In this document: in pieces, positions 20,674 through 31,216 of the stretch
How the letters are laid out: each line of letters starts with the position of its first letter
Numbering within the stretch: the first letter of the stretch is position 1
Source: an uncultured Gemmatimonadaceae bacterium
GTDB lineage: Bacteria > Gemmatimonadota > Gemmatimonadetes > Gemmatimonadales > Gemmatimonadaceae
DNA length: 64,000 bases
Assembly: GCA_963781585.1 (NCBI GenBank)
Contig: CAWAGQ010000006.1
Location: forward strand, 1-64,000
Reading direction: 5' to 3'
Program-made: the position numbers and the translations under genes
Notes under the pieces: model-generated
What the model was told of the DNA's origin: nothing
Databases searched by the model: none
What the model saw: only the letters and a program-made list of their open reading frames with translations

Positions 20674-21464
20674 CGCGCCGCGTCGCTGTTCTCGCCTTCC
20701 TCGCGGCATCGTCGATGGCGATGTCCCGACAGCAAGGCGTCGATCCGCGCCTCGTCGCCAACCTGACGGGCCAGCTGCGCACGTCGGTGGCGGCGGTCGT
20801 CGATTCGGCTCAGCATCAGGGGCTGCCCACCGAGCCGCTGATTGACATGGCGCTGGAGGCGATCAACAAGCGCACCACCACTCCGCGCATCACCGACGCG
20901 GCGATCGTGACGGCCGTGAGTGGTCTGATGCGCGATCTCCGCGCGGCCCGCGCGGCGCTTGGCCCGTCGTCCAGCGCGGCCGACATCAAGGCGGCGGCCT
21001 ACGCGTTGCGCAGCGGCATCGACGTCAAGCAGCTCGAGCGCGTGCGCGCGGCCCGCGCCGACCAGGGGATCGCGACGGCGCTGGAGGTGCTGACGTACAT
21101 CAGCCGTCTTGGCGTCCACCCCGACTCGGCGGCCAACGTGATCGTGCAGCTCGTGGCAGTGCGAGCGAGCGACGATCAGTTGCTGTCGCTCAAGGACGAC
21201 GTGGAACGCGATGTGGCAGGCGGCACGTCGGCGGCACTGGCGATGTCGGCGCGCGGGCAGGGCCTGGCTGCCCAGATCCAGGACGCCCAGACGAACAATG
21301 GCGGGGCCCGTGGGGCGGCATTACCTTCGGGACTCGGTTCGACGCGGCCGGCAGACGCGGCGAGCGGTGCGCTGGGTGCTCAGGTCCAGGGCAACGTGTC
21401 GCCGGGGTCCTCGCCGGGCGGCGGATCAAAGCCTGCTCCAGTCGGAAAGCCGAAAAAGCCGTAA
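20670..21464 (+). CDS. Secreted Ala-rich helical hypothetical protein
   Basis: Signal-like N-terminus; ATGA coupling; low-complexity tail. Confidence 0.75.
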   Translation: MTRRVAVLAFLAASSMAMSRQQGVDPRLVANLTGQLRTSVAAVVDSAQHQGLPTEPLIDMALEAINKRTTTPRITDAAIVTAVSGLMRDLRAARAALGPSSSAADIKAAAYALRSGIDVKQLERVRAARADQGIATALEVLTYISRLGVHPDSAANVIVQLVAVRASDDQLLSLKDDVERDVAGGTSAALAMSARGQGLAAQIQDAQTNNGGARGAALPSGLGSTRPADAASGALGAQVQGNVSPGSSPGGGSKPAPVGKPKKP

Positions 21465-21493
21465 AACCCACCGACCAGCAAAGTGCGCGTTTC

Positions 21494-22675
21494 ATGATGC
21501 GCGGCGGGGCACCGGCCCTCGCCGCGCAACTGCTATTGTGGATCTCCGCGCCCGTCGTTTCGCCCGCGCAGACGCAGCTGGTGCGAACGCGTGACGTGGG
21601 ATTCGCGACCGTCCGCTACGAGAACGGGCTCACGCTCGGAGCAACGACCCTCTATGAGGGGCTGGAGGCGCGGCGCCGCAATTCGGTCACCGCCGCCAAT
21701 GGGGTCGTCTCGCTCTTCAACGACGGCCGGTGGAGCATGCAGGGGTTTCTCGACGGCACGTCGTGGTCCGAGCCGCTGCCGGCGCCGCCCGTCCTCCACA
21801 GCCTGTTCACCTCGCTTCGCAGCGAGGTGTCACTGGGCGCGGCGACCACGGCGCAGAGCGGGTTCATGCCTACGCTCGAAGTCATCGGCCGGACGCGGGT
21901 GCACTTCGATCACGAGCAGCATGGTGCGTCGGTGGGAGCGGCGGTGGCGCGGGCGTTCGACGGCCGGCTCTGGCAGACCACCGTGCTCGGGGAACTGAGC
22001 GGCTGGCTGCGCAGTTCGGGAACGCTGTTCAGCTTCCGGTCCACGCCCATGCAGCTCGCGGTGGGCGACATGCTTGCCGACAATGAGGGGGTGGTGCAAT
22101 GGTCGCGCGGATCGACCAACTTCGCCTTCACGTTAGGCGTCCGGCTGGGAGAGGCGCAGCGCGGGACGGTAGGCTGGGGCGGGGTGACGGTGACCTGGCC
22201 GCTCCGCTCCGATCTCTGGACGTCGGTGAGTCTGGGCAGCTATCCGGCCGATCTGGTGCAGTCGCTGCCGGGAGGCCGTTACGCCGCGGTCACCATTCGC
22301 CTCCCGAACGGCAAGCTCCCGCCGCTCCACCTGCCGCCACCTCCCGCGCCCGCGCCACCGCGCCCACCGGAGCTCCCGTACACCGAGCGTCTGGCGATGG
22401 TGATCGGTTTCGCCGTCGACTCGGCCGACCTGCGCGAGGTGCGGGTCTGGGCGCCCGGCGTGCGTAAGGTCGAACTGATGGGGGATTTCGTGAACTGGGT
22501 GCCGGTGCCGCTCGTCAAGCAGCCTAACGGAGAGTGGCGTGGTTACTATCGCGTGTCCCCGGGGCTCCATCGCGTGGCCCTTCGCCTCGACGGTGAGGAG
22601 ATCGACGTGCCGACCAACCTCACGCGGGTGGAGGAGGATCTGCTGGGTGCATACGGCTGGATTTTTGTGAGATAA
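21494..22675 (+). CDS. Exported beta-rich protein with Pro linker and C-terminal CBM48-like domain
   Basis: Signal peptide, alternating beta-strand pattern, PPPPAPAPP linker and VELMGDFVNW motif. Confidence 0.78.
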   Translation: MMRGGAPALAAQLLLWISAPVVSPAQTQLVRTRDVGFATVRYENGLTLGATTLYEGLEARRRNSVTAANGVVSLFNDGRWSMQGFLDGTSWSEPLPAPPVLHSLFTSLRSEVSLGAATTAQSGFMPTLEVIGRTRVHFDHEQHGASVGAAVARAFDGRLWQTTVLGELSGWLRSSGTLFSFRSTPMQLAVGDMLADNEGVVQWSRGSTNFAFTLGVRLGEAQRGTVGWGGVTVTWPLRSDLWTSVSLGSYPADLVQSLPGGRYAAVTIRLPNGKLPPLHLPPPPAPAPPRPPELPYTERLAMVIGFAVDSADLREVRVWAPGVRKVELMGDFVNWVPVPLVKQPNGEWRGYYRVSPGLHRVALRLDGEEIDVPTNLTRVEEDLLGAYGWIFVR

Positions 22676-22713
22676 GGCCAAGGGCCTAAGCGGCGGCGAG
22701 CCGAGCATCTCCG

Positions 22714-23421
22714 TCACTTCACCTTCACGAACTCGATACGGGTATCGCTGTCGCGGTTCACTTTCCCCTTCTCCAGCCGCAGATCACCGCCGAGCGCATC
22801 GCGCAGCGTCTTCATGCGCTGCTCGGACACGATCCTGGCGGCATCGTCGGCGTAACGCGGATCGAGAAAGAAATCCACCCGGAAGTGCCCGCCCGCTGCC
22901 GCCAGCGCCGGAGCGAGCGCAGTCATCGCCTGTGTGAACGAAGCGGCGCCCGCCTCCGACACTCCCCCCTGACCTGCCACCCAGTCGATGTCGCGGACCG
23001 CGGTCTTTCCGCCCGCGAGGTCACCGGCCGGATCGTCGGAGAGACGCGCCGACTTGCCCGGCGCCTCGGTCTGACCACTGGCGTGCGCCATCCGCATCTC
23101 GCTCGAGTCGATCGTCTTCTGCATGTTCCCGAGCATGTTGTCCATCATTCCCTGCGAAATCGCCTGCACGCACTGCGCCCGTTTCTGCGGCGGGACCACC
23201 TTGGCGACACGCTTCATGGTCTCGTTCTGCTTGTCACGTTCCGCCTTGGTGGGCATGCGGGTTTCGCCGTTGGTCGGGTCGTACATCGCCCGGTAGTCAT
23301 CGATGCTGATGCCCATGCACTTCGCGGCCTGCTCCATCTGTGCGGGGGTCTGCATCCCCATCTGCGCCGGCGCCGGGGCCGCGACCAGCAGCAAAGCCAA
23401 TAAGTAGGAGTGTCGAATCAT
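22714..23421 (-). CDS. Secreted Met-rich hypothetical protein
   Basis: APAPA-Q signal peptide; two Cys; C-terminus weakly OmpA-like (RIEFVK). Confidence 0.7.
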   Translation of the reverse strand: MIRHSYLLALLLVAAPAPAQMGMQTPAQMEQAAKCMGISIDDYRAMYDPTNGETRMPTKAERDKQNETMKRVAKVVPPQKRAQCVQAISQGMMDNMLGNMQKTIDSSEMRMAHASGQTEAPGKSARLSDDPAGDLAGGKTAVRDIDWVAGQGGVSEAGAASFTQAMTALAPALAAAGGHFRVDFFLDPRYADDAARIVSEQRMKTLRDALGGDLRLEKGKVNRDSDTRIEFVKVK

Positions 23422-23521
23422 GGTTGGATCCAGATGTCAGTCTTTCAGTGGTCAGCTATGAGTGGCCGGCTGTCGATCACCAGCGGCGGGCTTCCCTCAG
23501 GCCTCGGGCCTTTGGCCTCTC

Positions 23522-24100
23522 TCAGAACAGAATCCCGAACGTCACCGGAATCATCGTGATCGACTTCGTGTCGATCGCGCCCTTGTCCGTGTAGACGTTC
23601 TGCACGCGCCCCTCGGCGAAGGCTTCGATGCGCCCCAACTTGAGGCGGATGCCCGCGCCGCCGTCCACGCCGAAGTTCGTCTTCGATGTCGATGTCGTCG
23701 TCCCACCCTCCGTGAACTCGTCTTTCAGATTGAACGCGCCGACCGACGCAGTGATGTACGGGGTGAGTGGTCCGAGGGAGATAAGGTTGATGGACAGGCC
23801 GCCCATGCCGCTCAACATCTGGCTCGTGCCGGTGGTGCCCGACCCGGCGAGGAGTGCTTCCTTGTAGTCGAACTTCTGGTAGCCCAGGTTGAAGCGCAGC
23901 GGGATGCCGATGTTGATCAGCAGGTATCCCTGCCCGTTGACCCCGCTCTTGAGCGCGTCTGCCGCGTGGCTCGTCGGCACGCTCACCCCGCCGCCAAAGC
24001 CGATCCGGATCAGGTGCTCCTGGGCCGCCGCCTGGCGGCTGGCGATGCCGGACATCGCGATGAGTGCCGCTGCCGAGTGGATCAGGAATCGCTTTGTCAT
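23522..24100 (-). CDS. Outer-membrane beta-barrel (OmpA-TM-like) protein
   Basis: Signal peptide, PYITASVG and terminal Phe (VTFGILF). Confidence 0.82.
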   Translation of the reverse strand: MTKRFLIHSAAALIAMSGIASRQAAAQEHLIRIGFGGGVSVPTSHAADALKSGVNGQGYLLINIGIPLRFNLGYQKFDYKEALLAGSGTTGTSQMLSGMGGLSINLISLGPLTPYITASVGAFNLKDEFTEGGTTTSTSKTNFGVDGGAGIRLKLGRIEAFAEGRVQNVYTDKGAIDTKSITMIPVTFGILF

Positions 24101-24237
24101 GTTGTCCTCGGAATCCCGACAGGCCCTGACTGGGCTGTCGGTGGTTGGTCGCGCTTGCCGCCCTTTACGACGTCCTCTACTTTCGCCGCGGAGGTCATTC
24201 GCGTATCACAAAGGCGTCATCTGGTGGCGGCGTGCCG

Positions 24238-27090
24238 ATGTTTCGGCTGAAAACCCTGGGTAGCATCCTGATCGAAGGACCCAATGGCGTCCTGACGGGT
24301 GCCGCCTCGCAACGCCGCCGACTTGCGCTGCTCGCCCTCGTGGCGGCGGGCCGCGGTGGCATCAGTCGCGATCGCCTCGTCGGGTTGCTCTGGCCCGAGA
24401 GCGACGAAGAGCGGGCCCGCCACGCGCTGTCGCAGCTCCTGTACGCGCTGCGTCGCGATCTTGGGGCGGACGTCGTATCCGGCGGGACCACCGCGCTCAC
24501 GCTCGACTCGTCCGTGCTCAGCAGCGACGTGGGCGACCTCCATCACGCGTTCGATGCCGGGCATTTCGATGAGGTCGCCGAGCTGTACGCCGGGCCCTTC
24601 CTCGACGGCTTCTATCTCAATGGGTGTCCCGACTTCGAGCGATGGGTGGACGAGGAGCGCGCGCGCGTTGCGAGCCGCGTGCACGTCGCGCTCGACAAGC
24701 TCGCAACGCGCGCGCGCCAGAGCGGCGACGTCACTGACGCGGTTCGGTGGCTGAAACGCCTCGCCGCGCTCGCCCCCCTCGATTCACGCATCGCGCGTTC
24801 CCTCGTCGAGGCGCTGGCCGCAGCGGGCGACCGCTCCGGCGCCCTCCGTCAAGCGCGGATTCACCAGGAGTTGTTGCGCGTAGAGCTTGGCACGGCGCCG
24901 GATCCGGCGCTCGCCGCCCTCGTCACAACACTCGAGGGGTCTGCGCCGGCTCTCCCGCACCCCGCAGGCACTGCTGCCTCCGGCGGCGTCTCGCGGAGCT
25001 CGCTTCCCCTGGACCCACCCCCTTCAACCGCCGCGTCTGCCGAAATCGCGCGGCCAGCGGCTGGCTCGCGGCCGGACGGCAGTCGAGCCGCGGGAGCGTC
25101 AATTCCGATTGAGCCGCATCAATCGTCGCGTGGCGCCAGGGTGCGCCGGAGGCGGGTACCGATCCGCGCCCTCGCCGCCGCGGGAATCGTGCTGCTGGCC
25201 ACCGCCGCGGTGCTCGGTACGAGACTGGTCCGGGCACCGGTCACGCCGCGCGACCTGGTCGTGATCGCCGACGCCGAGAATGCGACCGGCGATTCCGTCT
25301 TCGATCGCTCGCTCCCGGTGGCGCTGGCGGCGGCGCTCGCCCAATCCCGGCGGGTGTACGTGCTGCCGCCGCAACGTGTGCGACAGGCATTCGAGCGGAT
25401 GCGCCGCCCCGAGGCCGCGCTCGGCTCGTTAGGCGCCGGGCTGGCGCGCGAGGTGGCGCAGCGCGAGGGCGCCCGGGTCGTCGTCGTGCCGACCATCGTG
25501 CGCGTCGACAGCGCGTACGAGATCGGGGCCCGACTCGAGGATGCGGCCACGGGAGGCGTGCTGAGCGCGATCACCGTCCGTGCCGCCAGGCGTGGCGACG
25601 TCGTCGACGCGCTCGACCGCGTGGGACGGAGGCTGCGGCGGGCCCTCGGTGAATCCATGCTGTCCGTCGCCACCCGCACCATTCCGCTCCCGCTCGTCAC
25701 CACCAGATCCATCGACGCGCTGAAGAAGTACGCCGATGGCAGCCTGGCATTCCGCACGAGTCGACTCGACGAGGCGCGCGCGCTGCTCACCGATGCGGTG
25801 ACCATCGATTCGACCTTCGCCTCGGCGCTGGCCGCGCTCGGGACCTACTACTACTGGACCAACCAGCCGGCCGCCGGCGACCGGTATTTCTCCCGTGCTC
25901 TGGCGCATCTCGATGCCCTCCCGGATCGCGAACAGGTGATGATCCGCGCGAGGTCGGAGAGCTGGCGCGGCAATCGCCAGGCATCGACCACGCGGCTGGA
26001 GGCCTATCTTGTCGGACACCCGGACGATCTGGACGTCCTCGACGAGCTCGGCTACGCCTTCATGCGCATGGGGCGATCGGCCGATGCGGCCCGGACGCTC
26101 CAGCGGGTCGTCGCGCTGGACTCTCTGGACTACAATGCGTTCATCAATCTGGCCACCGCCGAGCGGCAGCTCGGCCGGTTTCGCGATGCGGTCGCACACT
26201 ATCATCGCGCGTTCGGCCTCATGCCGTCGATGGAGTCGGCCAATACCAATCTCAACCTCGAATACGGCTCGGCGTATGTGGAGCTCGGCGAGCCCGACTC
26301 CGCCGCGGCGGTGTTTGCCGCGATGCTCGAAGGCGACCGCCTGACGAGGGCTCGCGGCCTGCGTTCGCTCGCCTTCCTCGACATGTCACGTGGACAATAC
26401 TCGCGGGCTCCCGCGAGGCTCGCTGAAGCGATCGGACTCACCAGTGAGGCGCTCCTGAGCCAGGTACGCAACCGGCTGCTCCTCGCGGCCGCGCTCGACC
26501 GGCTCGGTCGCGAACGCGACGCGGCGGCGCAGCTCGATTCCTCCTATGTGTCGGTGCGGCGATTCGACGCCGAGCCCACATTCCTGTTCTGGGTGGGAAA
26601 GTCGCTCGCGCGGGCGGGGCGGGCGCGTCAGGCGGACGCGCTGCTCGAGACGCTGCGGACCCGCGTGCATAACGGGAGCACGACCGACTCGGCGGCCCGC
26701 GAAGGGCTGGTGGGCGAAGTGCTGGTCGCGCAGCGCAGGGCGAAGGACGCGGTGCCGCATCTCGAGGCCGCATTCCGCGCCGATTCGTCCGCGTTCACCC
26801 TCGAGTCACTGGCCTATGGCGTCGCGGCGTCGGGTGCGCTCGAGCGGGCCGACTCGCTGTATCGCGAGCTCGCGAAGCATCGCGAGTTCGGGTGGGAGGG
26901 TCAGGAATACTGGCACATGGCCCTGTATCAGGTCGGGCGAACCGACGAGCTCCTCGGCCGCGCGGATGCGGCGGTCGCCGCGTATCAGCAGTTCCTCGAT
27001 CTCTGGCGCGGTGCCGAGCCGTTGTTCCCCCCACTGGTGGATGCGCGCGAGCGCATGGCGAGGCTGCACCAGCGCGACGTGCCCCGCTAG
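24238..27090 (+). CDS. SARP/BTAD-type activator with TM segment and TPR repeats
   Basis: FRLKTLG, SRDRLVGLLWPE and YAGPFLDGF...FERWVDEER; hydrophobic segment; TPR-like helices. Confidence 0.85.
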   Translation: MFRLKTLGSILIEGPNGVLTGAASQRRRLALLALVAAGRGGISRDRLVGLLWPESDEERARHALSQLLYALRRDLGADVVSGGTTALTLDSSVLSSDVGDLHHAFDAGHFDEVAELYAGPFLDGFYLNGCPDFERWVDEERARVASRVHVALDKLATRARQSGDVTDAVRWLKRLAALAPLDSRIARSLVEALAAAGDRSGALRQARIHQELLRVELGTAPDPALAALVTTLEGSAPALPHPAGTAASGGVSRSSLPLDPPPSTAASAEIARPAAGSRPDGSRAAGASIPIEPHQSSRGARVRRRRVPIRALAAAGIVLLATAAVLGTRLVRAPVTPRDLVVIADAENATGDSVFDRSLPVALAAALAQSRRVYVLPPQRVRQAFERMRRPEAALGSLGAGLAREVAQREGARVVVVPTIVRVDSAYEIGARLEDAATGGVLSAITVRAARRGDVVDALDRVGRRLRRALGESMLSVATRTIPLPLVTTRSIDALKKYADGSLAFRTSRLDEARALLTDAVTIDSTFASALAALGTYYYWTNQPAAGDRYFSRALAHLDALPDREQVMIRARSESWRGNRQASTTRLEAYLVGHPDDLDVLDELGYAFMRMGRSADAARTLQRVVALDSLDYNAFINLATAERQLGRFRDAVAHYHRAFGLMPSMESANTNLNLEYGSAYVELGEPDSAAAVFAAMLEGDRLTRARGLRSLAFLDMSRGQYSRAPARLAEAIGLTSEALLSQVRNRLLLAAALDRLGRERDAAAQLDSSYVSVRRFDAEPTFLFWVGKSLARAGRARQADALLETLRTRVHNGSTTDSAAREGLVGEVLVAQRRAKDAVPHLEAAFRADSSAFTLESLAYGVAASGALERADSLYRELAKHREFGWEGQEYWHMALYQVGRTDELLGRADAAVAAYQQFLDLWRGAEPLFPPLVDARERMARLHQRDVPR

Positions 27091-27180
27091 CAACCGCAAC
27101 TCGAACCACGAGCGAAACGCGCTTCCGCTGCGTAGCTTGACGCCCGTGCCGGACATTCCCGAAACCGAACGCCAGGAATC

Positions 27181-27960
27181 ATGACGCCACTTGTCAGGCA
27201 GTCGCTCGTCGCGCTGGTCGCCGCGCTCATCGCGATCCCCGGACGGTCCTTCGCGCAGGCCGATGAGATCCAGGTCTATGACGGCGGGCTGGCGCCTGTG
27301 GGCGTGTTCAACCTCACGCTCCACAACAACTACACGCCCAACGGGATCAAGACGCCGGGGTTCAGCGGCAGCGTGGTGTCGAACAAGTCCTGGAACGGCG
27401 TGCCTGAGTGGGCGCTGGGCGTCACGCGATGGTTCGAGGCCGGGCTCTACCTGCCCCTGTACACGCTGGACAAGGACAAGGGATTCGGGCTCGACGGCGC
27501 CAAGCTCCGCACGCTGTTCGCCGTGCCTGGCGCCGACGACCGGACGTTCGTGTACGGCGTGAATTTCGAGTTCAGCTACAACGCGAAGCGCTGGGACGAG
27601 AAGCGGTTCACGTCGGAGATCCGTCCGATCATCGGATGGCACCTCGATCCGGTGGACGTAATCGTCAATCCCATCTTCGATACCTCATACGACGGACTCA
27701 AGAACCTCGAGTTCGTTCCCTCGACGCGCGTGGCGTACAATCTCCAGGGCGGCTGGGCGATGGCGGTGGAGGAGTACGACGACTTCGGGCCGGTGCACCA
27801 GTTTTTCCCGGGGAGTGCGCAGGCGCATCAGCTCTACGGCGTGGTGGATCATTCCGGGAAGAGGTGGGACGTGGAGGCCGGTGTGGGGTTCGGCCTCACG
27901 AACGCCAGCGACAAGCTCACGCTGAAGCTGATTCTCTCGCGCGACCTCAACCGGAAGTAG
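27181..27960 (+). CDS. Putative outer-membrane beta-barrel protein
   Basis: Signal peptide (SFA-Q), DEIQVYD and aromatic-rich beta strands. Confidence 0.7.
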   Translation: MTPLVRQSLVALVAALIAIPGRSFAQADEIQVYDGGLAPVGVFNLTLHNNYTPNGIKTPGFSGSVVSNKSWNGVPEWALGVTRWFEAGLYLPLYTLDKDKGFGLDGAKLRTLFAVPGADDRTFVYGVNFEFSYNAKRWDEKRFTSEIRPIIGWHLDPVDVIVNPIFDTSYDGLKNLEFVPSTRVAYNLQGGWAMAVEEYDDFGPVHQFFPGSAQAHQLYGVVDHSGKRWDVEAGVGFGLTNASDKLTLKLILSRDLNRK

Positions 27961-28097
27961 TCCGCGCTGGCGACGAAAAACGTGTGTCGGTGACGAGTCG
28001 GGCGGCTGGGCGAGTCTCGGCCCCGGCGAGCTGTCCGCTGGACGCGCGCCCTGAGGGCGCTGGTCGTGGCGTTCGAGGCGTGCGATCGGGCACGTGA

Positions 28098-28152
28098 CTT
28101 AATGGATTCTTAATGCTGCCGTAATGGTCTCGGCGGCCTGGCGTCGTATCTT
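28098..28152 (+). promoter_or_regulatory. 11-bp-period CTTAA direct repeats plus TATCTT -10-like box
   Basis: CTTAA at 28098 and 28109, CGTAA at 28120; same layout as 39967-40021. Confidence 0.6.
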
Positions 28153-28232
28153 GGAGCCGCGGTCGGCCGTCGGCGTTGTCGATTCAGCCGCCCGTCAATC
28201 GCGTCCCGCTGCTCTGCAAGGCGGAGGGCATC

Positions 28233-30650
28233 ATGCCGATGCGCGAGAGCAATGACTGGTGGCTGAGGATCGCGTTCGTCGCGGCCCTGAGCTTGCCTTG
28301 GGGCCGGCCGCTCGTGGCCCAGGACGTCCGGGTTCTCGTGGTCGATCGGGCGTCGGGCGCGCCGCTGACCGGTGCGATCGTGTCGCTGGTGCTCGCGGAC
28401 GGGTCGCGGCACACCGGCGCCCTGACCGACGAGCAGGGGAGCGCCACCCTGCACGGCACGTTAGGCGCACGGGTCCGGGTGCGGGCCGAACGGATCGGCT
28501 ACGCCACCGACAGCGCGGCCGTTCTCGCGCTCACGGCGGAGCCGCAGGCGGTGCGGATCGCGCTGGTGCCGCAGCCACTGCAGCTGGAGAAGGTGACGGT
28601 GCGGGCACGCCGGACCTGCCGTCTGGATCCCACCACCGGTACCGTCGCGGCCCGACTCTGGGGCGAAGTCCACAAGGCGCTGGATGCCACCGTCCTCTCT
28701 GCCCCGCAACGCCTCCCGATCGACGTCTGGCGCTACACGCGGACCCTCGACCGGTCGCTGCAGGTGGTGGCCGAGACGACGGCGACGCGATCCGTCCCCG
28801 CTGGAGCGCCGTTCCTGACGGCGCCGCCCGCTGAACTCTCGCAACTGGGCTTCGCGCACCCGGTGGACGGCGAGCTCACGTATTTTGCGCCCGATGCGGC
28901 GCTCCTGCTCTCGGATCAATTCGCGCAGGACCATTGCTTCGGGGTGCAGGAGGTGCCGGGCGCGCAAACGCTGATCGGGCTGTCGTTCGAACCGGCGCCA
29001 AGCCGGCGGGTCAGCGACGTCACCGGCGTGCTGTGGGTCGATCGGCAGACGGGCGAGCTGCGGTGGATGGACTATTCGTATACCCGCCCGCCGGCGGGCG
29101 CGGAGCCCGGCCAGGCGGGCGGCCGCCTGGAGTTCACCGCGCTGCCTGACGGGCAGTGGATCGTCGAGCGGTGGTACATCCGGCTGCCGCGGATGGCGCG
29201 GGTGGGCGCCGCGCGCGTCGGCGCCTTCAGCGTGCCGACCCGTGACAGCCTCCTGGGCTACCGCGAAGAAGGGGGCTGGGCTGCGACGGAGTCAAGGCGG
29301 GGCGCTTGGGCGGCCGACCAGCCGACGTTGACCGGCCTCGTGTTCGACAGCCTCCACGGCGTGCCGCTCGCCAAGGCGCGCCTGCTCCTGGCCGGTGGCG
29401 TGGCCGACGCGGTCACCGACAGCACCGGCCGGTACCGGCTGCGCAGCGTCCTGGCGGGGCGGTACCGCCTAACGACGGCCGACCCGCGGCTCGCGCATTT
29501 CAGCCCCGAGGGGGCCGAGCGCGAGGTGGTGTTGTCGCGGGGCGCGGTGACCGTGGCCAACTGGGCCGTGGCCAGCGCGGCGACGTTGCGCGCCCGGTTC
29601 TGTGGAAAGGAGACGGGGCGGGGCGACCGGCCGCAGCTCATCATCGGATATCTCATCGACTCGCTCTCGGGCGCGCCGGTCGTTGGCGCGCGGGCGGTGA
29701 TGGCGTGGCGGCGCCTGGCGGTGCAGGCCTCGGAGCGGCTGGTGAGCGCGGCGGTCGGCGACTCCACCGTGGAGACGGAATCCGACGAGGCGGGGATCGT
29801 CACGTTCTGCCGGCCGCCGCGGCAGGACGTGGTGCGGTTGCGGGCGGAGCTCGGCGGGGTGCGGGTTGAGCGGAGCGTCCCAGCCGACGACACCGCGAGC
29901 GTGGTGGAGGTGCGGCTGGCCCTGAGCACCGCGGCGGCCGGATCGACCACGTTACGCGGGCGGGTGCTCATCAAGACCGATTCGGCGACGCGTCCCGCCC
30001 CCGCGGCGGAGGTCCTGCTGCCCGGGCTCTCGAAGTCGGCCCGGACAAATGGCGACGGTTCCTTCGCCTTCGCCACGCTCTCGCGCGGCACGTACACCTT
30101 GCTGGTGCGCGACGTCGGCTACCGGCCGGTGCTGGCGCGGGTGACGGTGCCGCTGCCGGCGGACTCGGTGCGAGAGTTCGTGCTGACGCCGATTTCCCCG
30201 GAGCTGCCAGGGGTGTCGGTCACGGCGATCGCGGTGTCGTCCAAGATGCGGGGCTTCGAGGAGCGGCGCCTGACCAATGCCGGTGGCCGGTTCATCACGC
30301 GCGCCGAGCTGGCGAAACACGAGGAGTGGCCCCTGAGCGACGTGCTGCGTTCGGTGCCCGGCGTGCGCCTGGTGCGGCAGCCGGACAACACGGTCTTTCT
30401 GGTGAGCACGCGCTCCGCGTTCGCGGCGACCATTTCGAAATCGGGCACAGACACCTGCTACTACCAGGTGTACCTCGATGGGACGGTGATCTTCCAGCCG
30501 GGCCGGGGGCGGCCGCCGAATATCGACGACTTTGCGCCGAACGGGATCGAGGCGATCGAGGTCTATGCGGGGCCAGCCAGCACGCCCATGCGGTTCAGTG
30601 GCATCGGTGCGGCCTGTGGCACCATTGTATTGTGGACGCGGGCGCCGTGA
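28233..30650 (+). CDS. Secreted protein with several carboxypeptidase-regulatory-like domains and a terminal plug-like domain
   Basis: GGAGG RBS; AERIGY, VRDVGY, GFEERR, VYLDG, IEAIEVY and CGTIVLWTR motifs. Confidence 0.85.
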   Translation: MPMRESNDWWLRIAFVAALSLPWGRPLVAQDVRVLVVDRASGAPLTGAIVSLVLADGSRHTGALTDEQGSATLHGTLGARVRVRAERIGYATDSAAVLALTAEPQAVRIALVPQPLQLEKVTVRARRTCRLDPTTGTVAARLWGEVHKALDATVLSAPQRLPIDVWRYTRTLDRSLQVVAETTATRSVPAGAPFLTAPPAELSQLGFAHPVDGELTYFAPDAALLLSDQFAQDHCFGVQEVPGAQTLIGLSFEPAPSRRVSDVTGVLWVDRQTGELRWMDYSYTRPPAGAEPGQAGGRLEFTALPDGQWIVERWYIRLPRMARVGAARVGAFSVPTRDSLLGYREEGGWAATESRRGAWAADQPTLTGLVFDSLHGVPLAKARLLLAGGVADAVTDSTGRYRLRSVLAGRYRLTTADPRLAHFSPEGAEREVVLSRGAVTVANWAVASAATLRARFCGKETGRGDRPQLIIGYLIDSLSGAPVVGARAVMAWRRLAVQASERLVSAAVGDSTVETESDEAGIVTFCRPPRQDVVRLRAELGGVRVERSVPADDTASVVEVRLALSTAAAGSTTLRGRVLIKTDSATRPAPAAEVLLPGLSKSARTNGDGSFAFATLSRGTYTLLVRDVGYRPVLARVTVPLPADSVREFVLTPISPELPGVSVTAIAVSSKMRGFEERRLTNAGGRFITRAELAKHEEWPLSDVLRSVPGVRLVRQPDNTVFLVSTRSAFAATISKSGTDTCYYQVYLDGTVIFQPGRGRPPNIDDFAPNGIEAIEVYAGPASTPMRFSGIGAACGTIVLWTRAP

Positions 30651-30666
30651 GGGGTGAATCCCGTCC

Positions 30667-31216
30667 TCATTCGCTCACCGCTGCCCACTGGGCTTGCAGC
30701 CCCAGCACCTCGACCCAATGGCGAGTGTATTCCCGGTCCAGCTCCTCGCCCCGCAGGCGCAGGAGCGCCCCGCACGTCGTCCATCTGCCGACTGGAGTCG
30801 CCCAACGTTGCCCACTCGAGCTTCGAGAGAACCACGTCCTCCAGCGTCGCGATGTCGAGCAGGATGCCCTGGAAGTCGATTGGCTGCCGGCCTTCGAACT
30901 CGGCAACGCTGAACGGGCGCAATTTCCGCACGATGAAGTCCGCCTTCCAGCCCGACTCCACGTCGACCACGTTGAACATTGCACGCTGCGTGAGCGCCTC
31001 CTGGGCGGCTTCCGGCGAGACGTATACGCCACTCGCCCGCATGCGCCCGACGAACGACTGGAGCTGGGAGGGAAGCGGGTCGATCACCAAATCGATGTCC
31101 ATGGTCGCGCGCCCCGCGCCATGGTACGCGCTCGCCACCGATCCGGTCAGCATGAATGGAATCCCCTCCTCGCGCAGCGCGGTCGCGAGCGCGCGCAGGA
31201 GCGCCTCCGCTGTCAC
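30667..31216 (-). CDS. Nucleotidyltransferase-fold protein (frameshift near 30770)
   Basis: TGSVASAYHG..RATMDID and EDVVLSKLEW; the C-terminus ELDREYTRHWVEVLGL is in another frame. Confidence 0.78.
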
